Source of the DNA: Antedon mediterranea
Taxonomy: Eukaryota; Animalia; Echinodermata
NCBI RefSeq assembly: GCF_964355755.1
Contig: NC_092670.1
Location: 2,408,201 to 2,472,200, forward strand
DNA length: 64,000 nt
Direction: 5' to 3'
Shown here: positions 26,014-41,000 of the stretch, piece by piece
Layout: the number at the start of each line of letters is the position of its first letter
Position numbering within the stretch: position 1 is the stretch's first letter
Made by a program: the position numbers and the translations under genes
Notes under the pieces: model-generated
Seen by the model: the letters and a program-made list of their open reading frames with translations, nothing else
Told to the model about the DNA's origin: nothing
Database searches by the model: none

Positions 26014-29000
26014 CTAAAATAAAAGTATACAGTATTAAAGTAACAGTCACATTAATACAGCATTCTCGAGTCAATCAGCTGATGAGAAATAATCAAATTT
26101 AAAAAAATTGTTAGTGCCTCAATTAATTATGCTATTATTTTCATTTTCTAATTATTGTATAAAAAATGGAATACCAATCAGTATCATAGGTAATGTTATG
26201 TAAATCACGTTCATATCTACTAGCCTACCTTCTTACACGCAGTGGGTAGTGGCTTATTGTCTTCTGAATGTTTTGAAACATTTTCACTCTCTGTTCTGAC
26301 TATTATTGTCTACAATAAAAAAAGTACCTTTTTGAATGATAATTTGGCACACTATATTTTGTTTGAAATTTATTTTATATAACAGCTATTTATTTAACTT
26401 GTGGGAAGTATACAGTAAACCATTGTACAAGCTCTTATTATGATGATGGTGGCGGTTTGTGTAATGCGACAATTGTAAATGCGGGACTAACACTACCTCC
26501 CTACCCCACTTATACTTCAAAATATGAAACAAAATATATAAGTCTCCAGAACCAGCCCTACCATGGTTAGGTCCTCTGAAAATGCACTTATTATTCGAAA
26601 TATGAAACAAAATTTATAAGTATCTTGGATTATCTCTATGGTTGGAGCTGAGCTATGAACATTTTAAAAACTAGCTGCAGGTCTTCATAAATTGCACTTA
26701 TACTTTGAAAATGTTAGGCCTAGAGGAAGTGGCCCAGCCTTAGCCCCTGAAAACCCATAACATTTTTGTTTGTTATCAATCAATCAAAATTGATTGTACA
26801 TTGCAATAATTTTCAATCCATTGTTTCACAATCTTTACAAAAATGTTTTGTGTTGCAATACATAATTATTATAGTTTTGCAATCTTATGATACCATTTTA
26901 TTCAACACTTTTCTCATAAATTGATGAAATGGTATTTGAGCCTTTCAATTTCAATTCTTCACTTTAAATTTTAAATAAAGTCCAATCTTCCAATAAAACT
27001 GTCTATCAAGTACCAATTATAAAATTTACCTGTAACATACGACAATCTTTAATGGTAGCCACATATAGAATGACTAGATGATCTGCATCAATATTCAATT
27101 CTACATGCTCGTAGTTTAGGGTGGGTTGATAATGTTCCATTTGGAATTTATCAATGAATTTAGTTGCAGCTCGTTGAAAGAGATCATCTGGAAGATAGCT
27201 ATCAAAATCATGAAAGAGGAAAATTGCACGCTCTCTTTTATATTTAGGTGGTGGAGAGGCTTCAGGTTTTAAACGTGAAAGAACATAGAAATCCGTCTGT
27301 TCATGCGTCTGTTCATCTGTCTGTTCATCTGTCTATAAAATAAAAAGAAATAGTGTATGTAAACAGATTTGTAAAGAAGAAAGCAATTAAAAATATGAAT
27401 TTTAACTGGGCATCTTTGATTTCAATAGCAATACATTTGTACTCTTTTTTTTGCACATTAAACCAAACTTTTCCATAAGAGAGGCAAGAAATTTAAAAGT
27501 TTCTTCAGAATCATAGAAATTCTCCCACAGATGTCTTAACAATGCCCCTTGTAAAATACTATCATCGTTCAGTGTCTTCCAAGCTAGGTTCCATTTGCGC
27601 TCCTATTATTTCACAAAATAAATACAAAATAAATTTGTCAATTTTTAGGAATAGAGAACACACACTAGATATGAAAGTGTAGTTAGACTTGAGCTCTGAT
27701 CACAGTTAATCTACCACATGCTTTTATCATATGAAAATGTTCGGTCAAAATCTGTGTAGTTTTCTAAAAAACACAGGAATTTTCTTCACAGCTAATATAT
27801 AAAGCACAAAAGTTTAAAAATTGTATTTTTGTCAAAAGTCAATGCAAATTTTTCGGGTGGCTGCTTAGCATACACAAAATGTAAATTTTAGTCGCGTGCA
27901 ACGCGACTTTACAGTTCACTATGTCGGTCGGTTGGTCGGTAAACACTAACTTGAGCACGCGACTGCAGCCGTATATATGGCCTTGTTAGTAAAAAAAAAG
28001 TGGCCGTGGCCGTTTACGGGAGGTGGCCGCTTACGGGAGGTACCAAATGCCCTAATCAGATAGGAAGAACAAAAGGCTTTTGTAAGTGTGGCCGTTAAGG
28101 AAGGTGGCCGCTTACAGTAGTTCAACTGTATTGTAAATTTGATTGCTGATAAAAACAAGCTATTCGGCTTATCTCCGAGCATGTGAATTTTAGGGTGAAA
28201 GTATACAATGGTTAGAAGCAGCTTTCAATTCATGAGATAGTAAACTGCATAAAATGTATCTGCGTTTAGGCCTAAATAACTTTAACTCGCATTCAAGAAG
28301 CTATTTTTGGATACATTCTAACATATTAGATTTAGGCTTTGAGACCAGAACAGGGTAGAATATTCCATATAGGTCTGACATAACCAGTATAAATATAGTA
28401 ACAAATTCTGAAGTATATGTAGCCAGAGATGGGCCAGTGCAGTTGGTGTGCACAACATTTGTTTAAACAAACTTGTTTGCTTACCATATTTCCAGGCTCT
28501 ATAGCAGTGATGAATGTTTTCGACATGTCAACTAGTTGCATCAAATCTATAATTATTATATCTTTTAGTGCCTCATCATCTGGGTAGTAGAGAATCTCGC
28601 CGATGTCATGTAAATACTCAAGCAGAACTCTATGATCTTTTTTTACTTTACATTCTTTTAGTAAACTGTGTATCTAAACAAAAATTACAACCTTAATGAC
28701 AATCTAAAATAATTCTGAAGATGTTATGCAGTTTCATAATTAAGCAGTTTTTGTAATCAATTTTTAAATGGATTTCTGGATTGCGTTTCACTATTCGTTC
28801 TGAAAATACTGTGTGCAGGATAAAGTTTCGTTATCTATTGTTATTATTATGTTATGCTTACCTCTAAAGTTGTTTGATAGATGTGCTTCTTTCTTAAGCT
28901 TTGGATTTTCTCCTGGACTTGCAGCCATTTTATTGGATAAGTACGGATCATTGTCTGAGACAATTTCATTATTTCCTTTATAATATCAGAAACGTTGCTC

Positions 29001-32000
29001 CTTTCCAATTCTGGATTATTTTCAATGGTAAAGATTTTGAAACACACCATACTCATATATGGTTTGTCTCCCAGGGCGTTCCTAATTTTGTCCCCAATTT
29101 TTTTAACCTGAAGTGAAATGAAGGTTTCATTTTTATATCTGAGTGTTTGTTTAAATGCAATATTCTTGGTTAATTACATTAATTAAATTATATTACATTA
29201 ATGAATACATTCACTAAAGCTCTGTCTACACTATCAAACTAGTTCGACAAAAAAAGTGTGATGTGCCCAAATATGGTAGTGAATAACATCATCCTATCCA
29301 TATATGGGCACGTCACATTTTGTTGTAACATAACTTTGGACAGTCTAGACCGAGCTTTAAATATTAGAAGCTAGCCATCTATTGCATCAGTCTGTTTTGT
29401 GTACATGGTATGCCAATGAATCCAATCAAATATAAAGTACTGTTCTCATGTAAATACCTGCAATTTTACCTGAAAACTGTTTTTGAATTATGAATTTATT
29501 TTAGACGTATTATGAAAAAGTTTCTTAATAATGTTTTACCTTTTCTTCTTTATTTCCTTTAAGGCCATTTAAGTGTGTACCTATCAGTAACACAGGAGGA
29601 CAAGGCTGACCATCTTTTGCCTTTGCGTTAGGTCTACTGTTTGTGTATACGGACTGAATCCAATGAAGAATGAACTCCAGATTTGTCATACGATGTTCAT
29701 ACATTTTACCCTAAATTTTAAAAAAAAATATTCAGAATAAAATATACGAGTATATTGTAACACGTTAACACTCGATTATATTTCATTTTGTTTGTGTAAA
29801 ATACTGTTCTCATTTTTGTAGACATTTTCAGAATTGTTGCCACGCAACATGTTTATAGCGTTCGTAGTTGGAGCACTTCCTTTTTGAATGGCATAGCTTT
29901 CCGGCCTAACATGAATAAAAGGATAGGAGCTGTGTTATAAAAAAAATAATGAATGTCTTGTATTAGATGAAAAATGGCTGCTCTAATTTCAATAATTATC
30001 TGTGTTTTTATGAATGATAATAGACAGATTATTAATTTTATAAAAGAAAATATTATATTTGTACAGTATAATTGAAAACAAAATCAATTAAAAAAAAAAG
30101 CAAGTTACTACTTACAGTAGTTGGATCCAAAACCTTAGCTGGGGCATCAAGATCATCACAAAGGTTGAATACTACACATACAACAGCAAAAGATACCATG
30201 AAGATCTATGAGATCAATTAAACAGTGTATTAAAAAAATGGTGAATATTTTAAAAAATGCTTGATTATCAATGAAATTTAAATTTGGAAATGTAGTTTTT
30301 GGTTTTCATAGTGTTTTAATTTTTAGATTAGAAAAAAAGCCGAGTCTAGACTACTACTAAATTTATTACAGATTTGCCATATAGATATTTGTTGCTAGAA
30401 TTAAGAATAATATTTTACTTGTTTATTTTTTTACTATATTAGTGTTGTCTTATTAGAGGAAGACCTGTACATACAGTAACTCATTGTGGGGAATATAGTT
30501 ATATTACCATACTGAGTCATGCAGGCACCATGCCGGCATGAGGTAAAATATCCAGTATATACCAGCTGAAAGTTGGTATATACTGAATATTCCCTGCTGT
30601 AGATAGTTATGCTCCCGGTTATGCTGGTAACGATCCAGGTAGTGGCATAATGAAGAGGCCTGATGCCCCTGGTTTAGGAACGCTAGGCCCAACAACGCTG
30701 AAGGTTTTTAGCCATTTTCAACATATTTTAATGCCTGTATTTTCCTCTGGACAGGGCCCCATATGCTCCGGGGCCCCTGGGTTTAGCCAGTGAGCGCTCA
30801 TAGCCGTTATGCCACTGGATGCAGGCATCAACACTGGCATTTTGCTTCCACGTCTGTGAGAAAAGGGCTTTGTGTAATAAAAGTTAACCCTTACCCGCTG
30901 CATCACATGATAAATTGGTTGTCCTCCGAAATCCCAGATGTTCATCACAAACTTTTCGCTAATCGCATTGTCTTCACTTCCTTGTTTCTGAAACTCAATC
31001 TCTATAAATTCTTCAATTTTTAAAGGAATCTTTGCCTGGTCATCACTTCCATCTTTGTAATTTAAATAAATTAAAAATGTTAAAATATTGTATTAGTTGA
31101 CAAATAAAGTATTCAATATATATAGGCCTTTTATTAAGATAATCTATTATAGGATTCTAATTATTTTAGGAAAATTAATTAAGTTTTATAGAAAAGTACT
31201 TTGTTAGGCAATTTAATTTTTAGATGTGAAAAGTACAAAGGACACAGTGTCTGATGACTTAAAGTCCCGAATTTGCTTCTCTAATGATTCTATAGCTTAC
31301 GACAAAAACAATTGGTGATAATGCTCATCAATTAGTCAGAGGAGAATTTAGTACATGGTGTTTTAGACGTTCCTCTTTTTCATTGAGTTTGTTTTGAGGA
31401 CCTTTGTATAATATTTATTTTTCTTTGATAATAATATACAAATTAAATTTTTTTGTTAAAATTATGAGCAGAGGTGCCTAAAAATAGCAGGTCCATAGTT
31501 TTAATGAGAAATTTGAAATTTGTATTATGGATCAAACATTTAAAGACACCTCTTGTCCTAAAGTAAACTTGTGTTCAATTTATCCACCACTAACATCTTA
31601 AATCGAATATGGAATTCATATTAGATGTGAATTGTAATAACTAGATGGCACGCTCGCTTCGCTCGCGTACCATCTAGGGGTGCTCACAGATGGTTCTCGA
31701 ATACAGTAGAATCCACGGACGGGGACTTTGTTGGGACACTAAACAAAAACGGAAGTGTCCCCCTAATTGGGGTATTCAGAAATAGAGACAACAAAACCAA
31801 TACTGGATTCCATAAAGGACAATTAATTTATGTGGATTAAAGAAATTAGGGAGAAATGGAAATGTATGTACGGGAATTGGGCGGCGGCACGTTGTGGTGG
31901 TGATGGAACCGCAGTAATAAAGTTGATTGTATTTATATATTATAAGAACCAAACTAAATAAATAGACCTAGACATTCTGCGAAATGGAAATCGGAAATTC

Positions 32001-35000
32001 AAGCTCCTATTCAGTGAAAAATTAAACTGTAGTCTACCTAAATATTTAGGGCAAATCATCGGTTGTGGTGTTGAACTTCCTGTAAACATTTGTGTGAACC
32101 AAACTGGGTCGAATTTCTGTCATGAGTACTGATTTGTTGGCCTGTGATTTATGACGCCTAAGGGATCTATCTAGACTTATTTTTTAGAATAATGTACGTA
32201 CCTGTCAGATACAATTGTCTTATGTCGTATAATAAATAAGTACTGTAATAGTTACTGAAGTTACTATTACAATCTCGTCAATGAAAACACGAAAATGTAT
32301 ATGCACTTACTTATGAAAACGTATAACATACTCAGTTATTGAAACAGTAGGTTTAAAAAAGTTTCGTTTGTCTGTAAAATGATGTAATCAAGCTGTTTAC
32401 ATGAGTCTTAATTTATAAGCACATCAATAATAAAATAGTTTATCTATCCTGTAATTGGCGAGATTATGGTCGCTGTTGAATGAAATAAAGCCAATCGGTA
32501 TCATATTTGTACAGAAACGTTTTCGCGGCCGAAGGGTGTAACCTAAATTCGTTGTATTATCGTCAAGAACTAACTGTAACTAAACTTACATAGAAAGTAG
32601 GGTATCATAAATTTGGCCTTAGCACTCGGGGGAGTGGCTAAGATGAAGTCCGTGGGACTACTAAATATAAATTGTAATGAACCTCGAGGGACATAAATAG
32701 GAATATTTCATGTTTCATTATCAATGTATAATAAATGGAAACTGTTTACCGATTCAAATAATAGAAATTGGTTTTTAACATTTTCCGAACCTATTGCAAG
32801 TTTATTCTCAAAGGGCCCATATATTTACCTACCGTATGTGTTAAACCAAGGGCTCATAAATTTACCTACAGTACTTGTATTAAACCAAACTGGATGTTCC
32901 ATTCATCGCAAATCAATACATTTGTATAATCGTATATTAAATCTATCAAAATAGTATTTTTTAAAGAAAATCGGCCTGTCTTCAACATTATGATGGTGTA
33001 CTCTAGCAATCTATCAAAATAGTATTTTTTAAAGAAAATCGGCCTGTCTTCAACATTATGATGGTGTACTCTAGCTGTTCAACCGGTTTTCAGCTATTAA
33101 AAACAATTATCGTAGGAGGAGATAGGAAAATGCGAGGCCTCCTCGCTATGTAACATTAGGGTTGAGGGATGGGAAAGCGGATAGGTACAAAGAGGAACAA
33201 TTTTTAAATATATTCTTTATCCACTGAGTAACGAAATATTTTGTTCATGTTTTATAGGCCTATAAATAATATACCTCTAAATACAGTAGGCCTAAAACAT
33301 TTGCGATTTAATACTTTGTTAAAACTGTCACTGTCATAATCGATTGAAATATTAAAGTACATGTCACGATACACCACTACGACGTTTATATTTTTGGTAA
33401 TTATTAATTAATACAAAGGTTGAGAAGGAACTGTCAGTATAAAGTTTATTTGTATATCTAACAGTAGAGCCTATCCACAGTCTCAGTAATAAAGTTTATT
33501 TGTATATATTTTTATATTACATCTAACAGTACGAACATTCACAGTAAGAAATGTTCGATTCAAATGAAAAATAGTTAATAGGTATTTACAGTATTGTCAA
33601 AGTATTGCAAGTTTATTCTCAAAGGGCCCATATATTTACCTACCATATGTGTTAAACCAAGGGCTCATAAATTTACCTACAGTACTTGTGTTAAAACAAA
33701 CTCTGGCAGACTGAGAGATTGGGATGTTCCATTCATCGCAAATCAATACATTTGTATAATCGTATATTAAATCTATCAAAATAGTATTTTTTAAAGAAAA
33801 TCGGCCTGTCTTCAACATTATGATGGTGTACTCTAGCTGTTCAACCGGTTTTCAGCTATTAAAAACAATTATCGTAGGAGGAGATAGAAAAATGCGAAGC
33901 CTCCTCGCATTTTTTTGGCGGGTATTTTTCAAGATGGACATCCATTAGACAGTGTATACCACGATCGGAAAACACCCCTATTTGGGGCAAATCTTTGAAC
34001 CTAAATTCGTTTTAATCGTCAATAACTAATTATCTAACTCAATTTAATTAGTAAACAGGGTTACATCAGGCGGTTAAAATCAGTACCGAAAGTACGAACC
34101 AACTTTACATACCATCGAGTGAAAATTCTAGAAGTAAGGCGCGATTTACCGAATTTTGCCCTTACGTAAATTTATATATAGATAAAACATACGAACAGTT
34201 TTGCTTACCCTCGTCCATCTTGCTTTTTTTGGTTTTAGCTGGATTTTCTGTTGACGGTTCTTCTATTTTTTCTTCTTCCACATGTTCCACCGGTGTTTCT
34301 CGGTGAGTATTTTCATTATTATCAGAAGCCTGTTGTGCTGTTGTTGCAACTTCCTCTTGTAGCATACTATTCTTAGAAGCTGTTGATGCTGTTTCAAGTT
34401 TGTCTTCTTTCACATCATCTTTATCATCAGAACCACTTTCTGTGAATGCCGCTGTTGCAGTTTGTTTTTTTTTCATTAGTTTCACCACTTCTCTAGCAAC
34501 TGTTTTCTCATACATTTCAGAATCTTCAGCTTAAAATATAATGGTTATGTATAGTATTATACATAGACTGCATTAATAAAAAATGCTAAAAAGGAAGAAA
34601 CACTCATTTGAATAATTAACATATTCATGGTACTTACTGCAGAATAAGTCCAGTTCTTTGTTGTATCTATATATAAATTATGGTTAACTAGATGGTACGC
34701 TCGCTTCGCTCGCGTACCATCTAGGTCGTGCCCACAGATGGTTCTCGAATACACAGTAATTTCAGGGTGCGTAACAAAACTGGCGATTTCAAATGTACGT
34801 ACCCGGCGCAGGACTTATAATACATTGTCGTTTACAGAAACGAATAAATAGACACGATGATTTATGTGGTCAACTAAAATTAGCACACTGGGAATTACTT
34901 CCGAAGGAGAAACTTATCACAAAATGAGTCCAAGTTTTTGATTTGGACTCATTTAAAGAAACCCAATTTGTGTTTTGTATGTAACATTAGGGTTGAGGGA

Positions 35001-38000
35001 TGGGAAAGCGGATAGGTACAAAGAGGAACAATTTTTAAATATATTCTTTATCCAGTCTGTAACGAAATATTTTGTTCATGTTTTATAGGCCTATAAATAA
35101 TATACCTCTAAATACAGTAAAACATTTGCGATTTAATACTTTGTTAAAACTGTCACGGTCATAATCGATTGAAATATTAAAGTACATGTCACGATACACC
35201 CCTACGACGTTTATATTATTGGTAATTATTAATTAATACAAACGTTGAGAAGGAACTGTCAGTATAAAGTTTATTTGTATATAATAATGTGTTTATATAT
35301 CTAACAGTAGAGCCTAACCACAATATCAGTAATAAAGTTTATTTGTATATATTTTTATATTACATCTAACATTACGAACATTCACAGTAAGAAATGTTTG
35401 ATTCAAATGAGGACCAAAAATAGTTAATAGGTATTTACAGTATTGTCAAAGTATTGCAAGTTTATTCTCAAAGGGACCATATAATTACCTACCGTATGTG
35501 TTAAACCAAGGGCTCATAAATTTACCTACTTGTGTTAAACAAAACTCTGGGATGTTCCATTCATCGCAAATCAATACATTTGTATAATCGTATATTATCC
35601 AGGCCCGTATCCAGGGGGGGGGGGGGGGGTGCGTTGGGTGCAGACGCACCCCCCCCCCCCCCAAGTCCCAAAAGGTCCACTATTTCCTCGGTTGGTATTT
35701 TTTCTTGTCTTGTTTAACTAAAGACAATATCATTATATATACACAAAATTTACATTATCAATGGTATACAAACAAAAATATGCTAATATAAAATGAAAAA
35801 ATACCGGTAATTAAATTACGGAATCTGAACTGACTACAAACTCGATGTAAAACATGCGCAGTCGATCATGTGACGACAAGCAATAGCTTAGCGCTTCATG
35901 TACGCGGTACGCGGTAAAGTGTTTGCTGGAGAAATACAGACAATTTAACGTCAGGGAACACGTGTACTTTTTGTCGGGGAATATAATATACAGTAAAAGC
36001 GTTCGCGTTCACTTCGTAGCTAGCTTCAGCGCCTAGAAAACCGCGACGTTTCATTGACCGTGAGAGTACGTCAGAGTGATATTATGCACTTTATATGCAT
36101 TCATTATTGCCAGCGATCTAACTTACTACCAAACAATAGCTAGGTACGCACTTGTCTGGCAGTATCCCTTTGTACGAATCGTTCAACGTTGGGTCGAGAC
36201 GCGTGATATCAAGTTTCATCCAGGGACCAAAATGTGTAATGTGTTATTTTCCAGGCGAAGTTTACCGACGGTTACGTCGTGTACTGCGTTGACGTACGCT
36301 ACACTACAGCAAAAACGAATTATGTTAATTGTTCGTTTGTTCACCAATTTTTTAATTTACAAGTAACCTTCTGTACCGTGGGGCACCTAAAATAAATTTT
36401 TCATCCATTACTAAACAAAAAAACATGCCATTTTCGCTTAGCCAACATTATAGCTATAGTTATTACATTTTCAATATCCTGTATGTCATGAATTTCTCAC
36501 CACTCGGAAGTCCAGATGGTACGCATGCATACACCTGGGAGGAATAAACTTTTTTCCCCGACTGAAAAAGGTCTACGCTTGCGTTTTTTAAGCCTCTAGG
36601 CCTGATGTTTCCAAAGTATAAAATGCAATTTTTTGAAGACCTGCAGCTCTAGTTTTAAACATTTTCTTAGCTCAGCCCCAACAATAAAGCTGGTCATATT
36701 TCGAAGAACAAGAAGTACATTTTCCGGGACCTAACATCTCTATTTTTCAAACATTTCTTAGCTCAGTCACAACCCATGATAGGGACTTATATATTTTTTT
36801 TCATGTTTTGAAGTATAATAAGTCCAATTTCCGGGACCTCCAACTCTATTTTTCAAAATTTTCTTTGAACTTTTATTTTTTAAATTGAAAAATATGGATT
36901 GAAACCGTCATCGCGCATCGTTTTTTTGCACGCAGTATTTTATTTATGCATTATAAAAAATGGAAAAAATGGCTACCCTAAATCTGATTAAAAAGACCTC
37001 AAATGACGCTAGAACGCGTTGCTTCCGGGGGCTTCGCCCCCTGGACCCCCACCGGGGGCCCTTGGCGGCCCCTGGCCCTCAGCCTAGTGATGCTCGCTTC
37101 GCTCGCATAGCCCCCTCGTCGGGGAATGTAGCCCCCGCGTCGGGAAGATCCTGGCGCCACCCCTGCTGAGTTGGCCTCATCATGAAAGCGTTAAGTTCTG
37201 GTGTCCATCGTTCAACTAGCCCAAACCACAACAGAGAGTCTTACATCAGTCTTTAGAACGTCAAATAACGCAAATTTTTCCAGGGCCTTCGGCCCCTGGA
37301 CCCTGACCGGGGGCCCTTGGCGGCCCCCTGGCCCCCAGCCATTGTTGCTCGCTTCGCTCGCACCCCCCCCATTATAAATGCTGCATACGGGCCTGTTATC
37401 TATCAAAATAGTATTTTTTTTAAAGAAAATCCGCCTGTCTTCAACATTATGATGCTGTACTCTAGCTGTTCAACCAGTTTTCAGCTATTAAAAACAATTA
37501 TCGTAGGAGGAGATAGGAAAATGCGAAGCCTCCTCGCATTTTTGTGGCGGGTATTTTTCAAGACGGACATCCATTAGAGTGTATACCACGATCAGAAAAC
37601 ACCCCTATTTGGGGCAAATCGTTGAACCTAAATTCGTTTTAATCGTCAATAACTAATTATCTAACTTAATTTAATTAGTAAACAGGGTTACATCAGGTGG
37701 TTAAAATCAGTACCGAAAGTACGAACCAACTTTATATACCATCGAGTAAAAATTCTAGAAGTAAGGCGCGATTTACCGAATTTTGCCCTTACGTAAATTT
37801 ATATAGACTAGATGGTACGCTCGCTTCGCTCGCGTACCATCTAGGTCGTGCCCACAGATGGTTCTCGAATACATAATAATTTCAGCGTTAAAAAATTGGC
37901 GATTTCAAATGCACGTACCGCAGGACAATAATACATGTCGTTTACAGGAACGAATAAATAGACACTGTGATTTATGTACTGAACTAAAATTAGCACCCTG

Positions 38001-41000
38001 GGAATTATTTCCGAAAGAGAAACTTGTCACAAAATGAGACCAATTGTTTAAGTCAAATTTAAACAAACTTAATTTGTGTTTTGTATGCAACATTAGGGTT
38101 GAGGGATGGGAAAGAGGATGGGTGCAAAGAGGAACAATTTTTAAATATATTCTTTATCCATGTAGTAACGAAATATTAATTGTTTTCATATAATATACCA
38201 CTAAACACAGTAAAACATTGCGATGTAACACTTTGTTGAAACTATCACCGTCCTAGTCGATTGAAATAGTATAGTACATGTAACGATACATCACTACGAC
38301 GTGTATAATATGTTTATATAATGTAAAACAATTTGTGAAAACCACCCCTATTCGTGGCAAATCATAAATTCGATTTAATCGTCAATAAATATTAAATTAT
38401 CTAACTCAACTTAATTAGTAGGCCTAATGGTTTTCAATTGTTTCTTAGAGCCAATTCATACTTAAGTTGGTTCCTAACCCTACCCACCAAAGTTGTTCTG
38501 CGTTTAGGGCATGTGATGCACCGTATGCCTATTCTCTACTGGCTTTACAACGCTACTCATGCCAGTGAGGGAAGGGTGATGATGTCACGTGGGTGGTTTA
38601 ACTGCAATAATAAAGATTTGTACATAATATACGGCGAATGAAAACGCTAGCTCATTATCCGTTTAAAAAAATCTATATCCAACCTCTGCAGCACAGATTG
38701 AAAAAAAATGGATCGAATTTCTGTTATGAGTATACAGTACTTGCCTTTACGATGCCTGAGGGAATAGACACTTGTGGAACAGAGATTGGAATGTTCCATT
38801 CATTTCAAAACAATACATTTGCATAAACGTATATTAAATCTATCAAAATAGTATTTTTTTAAGAAAATCGGCCTGTCTTCAACATTATGATACTGTACTC
38901 GAGCTGTTCAACCGGTTTTCAGCCATTATAAACAATTATCGTAGGAGGAGATAGGAAAATGCGAAGCATCCTCGTATTATTGTCTGCGGGTATTTTTCAA
39001 GACGGACATCCATTAGACAGTGTATACCACGATCGAAAAACACCCCTATTTGGGGCAAATCGTTAACCTAAATTCGTTTTAATCGTCAATAACTAATTAT
39101 CGAACTCAATTTAATTAGTAAACAGGGTTACATCTGGTGGTTAAAATCAGTACCGAAAGTACGAACCAACTTTATATACCATCGAGTAAACATTCTAGAA
39201 ATAACATGCGATTTACCGAATTTTGCCCTTACGTAAATTTATATATAGATTCTGACATAGGTGAGCACAATGGAAAAACTTCGGGACAAATCTCCGCCTT
39301 GGATACCTACCTTATCTATCTCAGGTGTACCGCGAAACATCCACATTTATACACACAATATTGTATTATATTTTAATAACACAATTATACTATTTTTGGT
39401 AGATTTCATTGGACTGTTATCTACAATTTACCAAGCATTTGTTATTCTTTTTTACCACTTTTCATATCTACTAGAGGAACATTTGTAAATGTACCATATT
39501 ATTAAAACTTTAAAAATTTAACATATCCCTCAAATAAGCACCTCCCTCAAATTAACTCCGCCTCCCCACATCCACACTATAAGGGCCCTACCAAACAATA
39601 AACACTATACGTAAAACGCTATTAATCATCTAAGACACTGTGAAACAGGTTAGTGAGTAGGTTTAGTTTTACGAATATCAAGCATTTCAATAATGGTAAC
39701 CGACCAAAAACGTCCAGGCCAGAATGTCCTTCATTTTTACCCGAGTCATTATCATTCCGAGAACCATCGTCTACACTTCCTAGAGGGGGAGCGAGCGAAG
39801 CGAGCTCACCCTCTAGTCCAAAATAATTTCAGTAACAAGATGTAACGTAAGATGTTATTTTATTTCACATTTGTTTGAATTGCCGACAAATTTCCGAGCC
39901 AGATGACCCATCTTGATTTTCTCCTAGCCTAATAGGGATTATTTGCAATAGCTGACAGAGGCAGAAAAAACCCAAACTTTGTAAACTCATGTCCATAAAT
40001 GTTGACTGAATTACATAACATCCAGAACAAATTTTTGAGACAAATAGGATGAGAATGGAGTCTGGGACAAGTGGTAAACTGGTTACTAATTTTTGTATTT
40101 TTGTTTTAATTTCATGTGATTGTGTACTTACAAAGCTCTTCTTCCAATTTTTCATCATCATCTTGAGTGTACACTGTTTTTGTTTCTACTATACCATCAG
40201 TTATTTCATGCTCTTTTTTAAAACTACAGAAAAAATAAATATTAATTAAATTAATATTTCACTTGAAAACAATGGCCATACAATATGTAAACACATCTTA
40301 GTCTTCAGTGTTATTTGAGTCCTTTCAGGTTTATGAAGTATTTATACAAATGAATTATACCAACAGTAATATTGTACTGTATAACAAAATTAACTTTCGG
40401 TCAAGGTCATCACGGAGTCACTGGCATGACCAAGACTACTGAAAACAGCCAAAACGTAGCAAGTGAGTACTTGATAATTGGTTTATCCAAAGTTAAATTT
40501 TTTATACAGTATTATTTTGAAACCAGGTGAACCAACAGTAATATTTTCACTTATTCTATTTTATTTCATTCCTTCCAACAGCGAAAGAAATATTTTGTAG
40601 TCATCTGTATTTAAAAGTAAATTCCCATAAATTCATAGCGATAAATATGCCTATGTAAATATCAAAACAGATAGAGTGTGTAACACGAAAATATACGAGA
40701 TAACAAAACAAGAAGAATGGAGTAAAAGAATTAAACGAAGGAGACTAAAATGGTATGGACACATAATTAGATTACCGGATGATACCCCAATCAAACAAAC
40801 AATGAAGGAAACTAACAGGAAAGTAAAACGACCCGTAGGAAGACCAAGAAATATCTGGATGAATCAAATAAAGAAAGACTTACAAGGACTAGTAGACACT
40901 AACACAATAACAAACCATCCTGCCATAAACAGAAAAAAATGGAAACAAATTGTGGAAAGCGTAATGTCGGAAGACGGAAAACGTTAGCAACAACAAGCAT

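Noticed and set aside
40395-40550. Possible decayed Penelope terminal repeat or hammerhead
   Set aside because: The core CTGANGA/GAAA is not intact and the resemblance is only suggestive.
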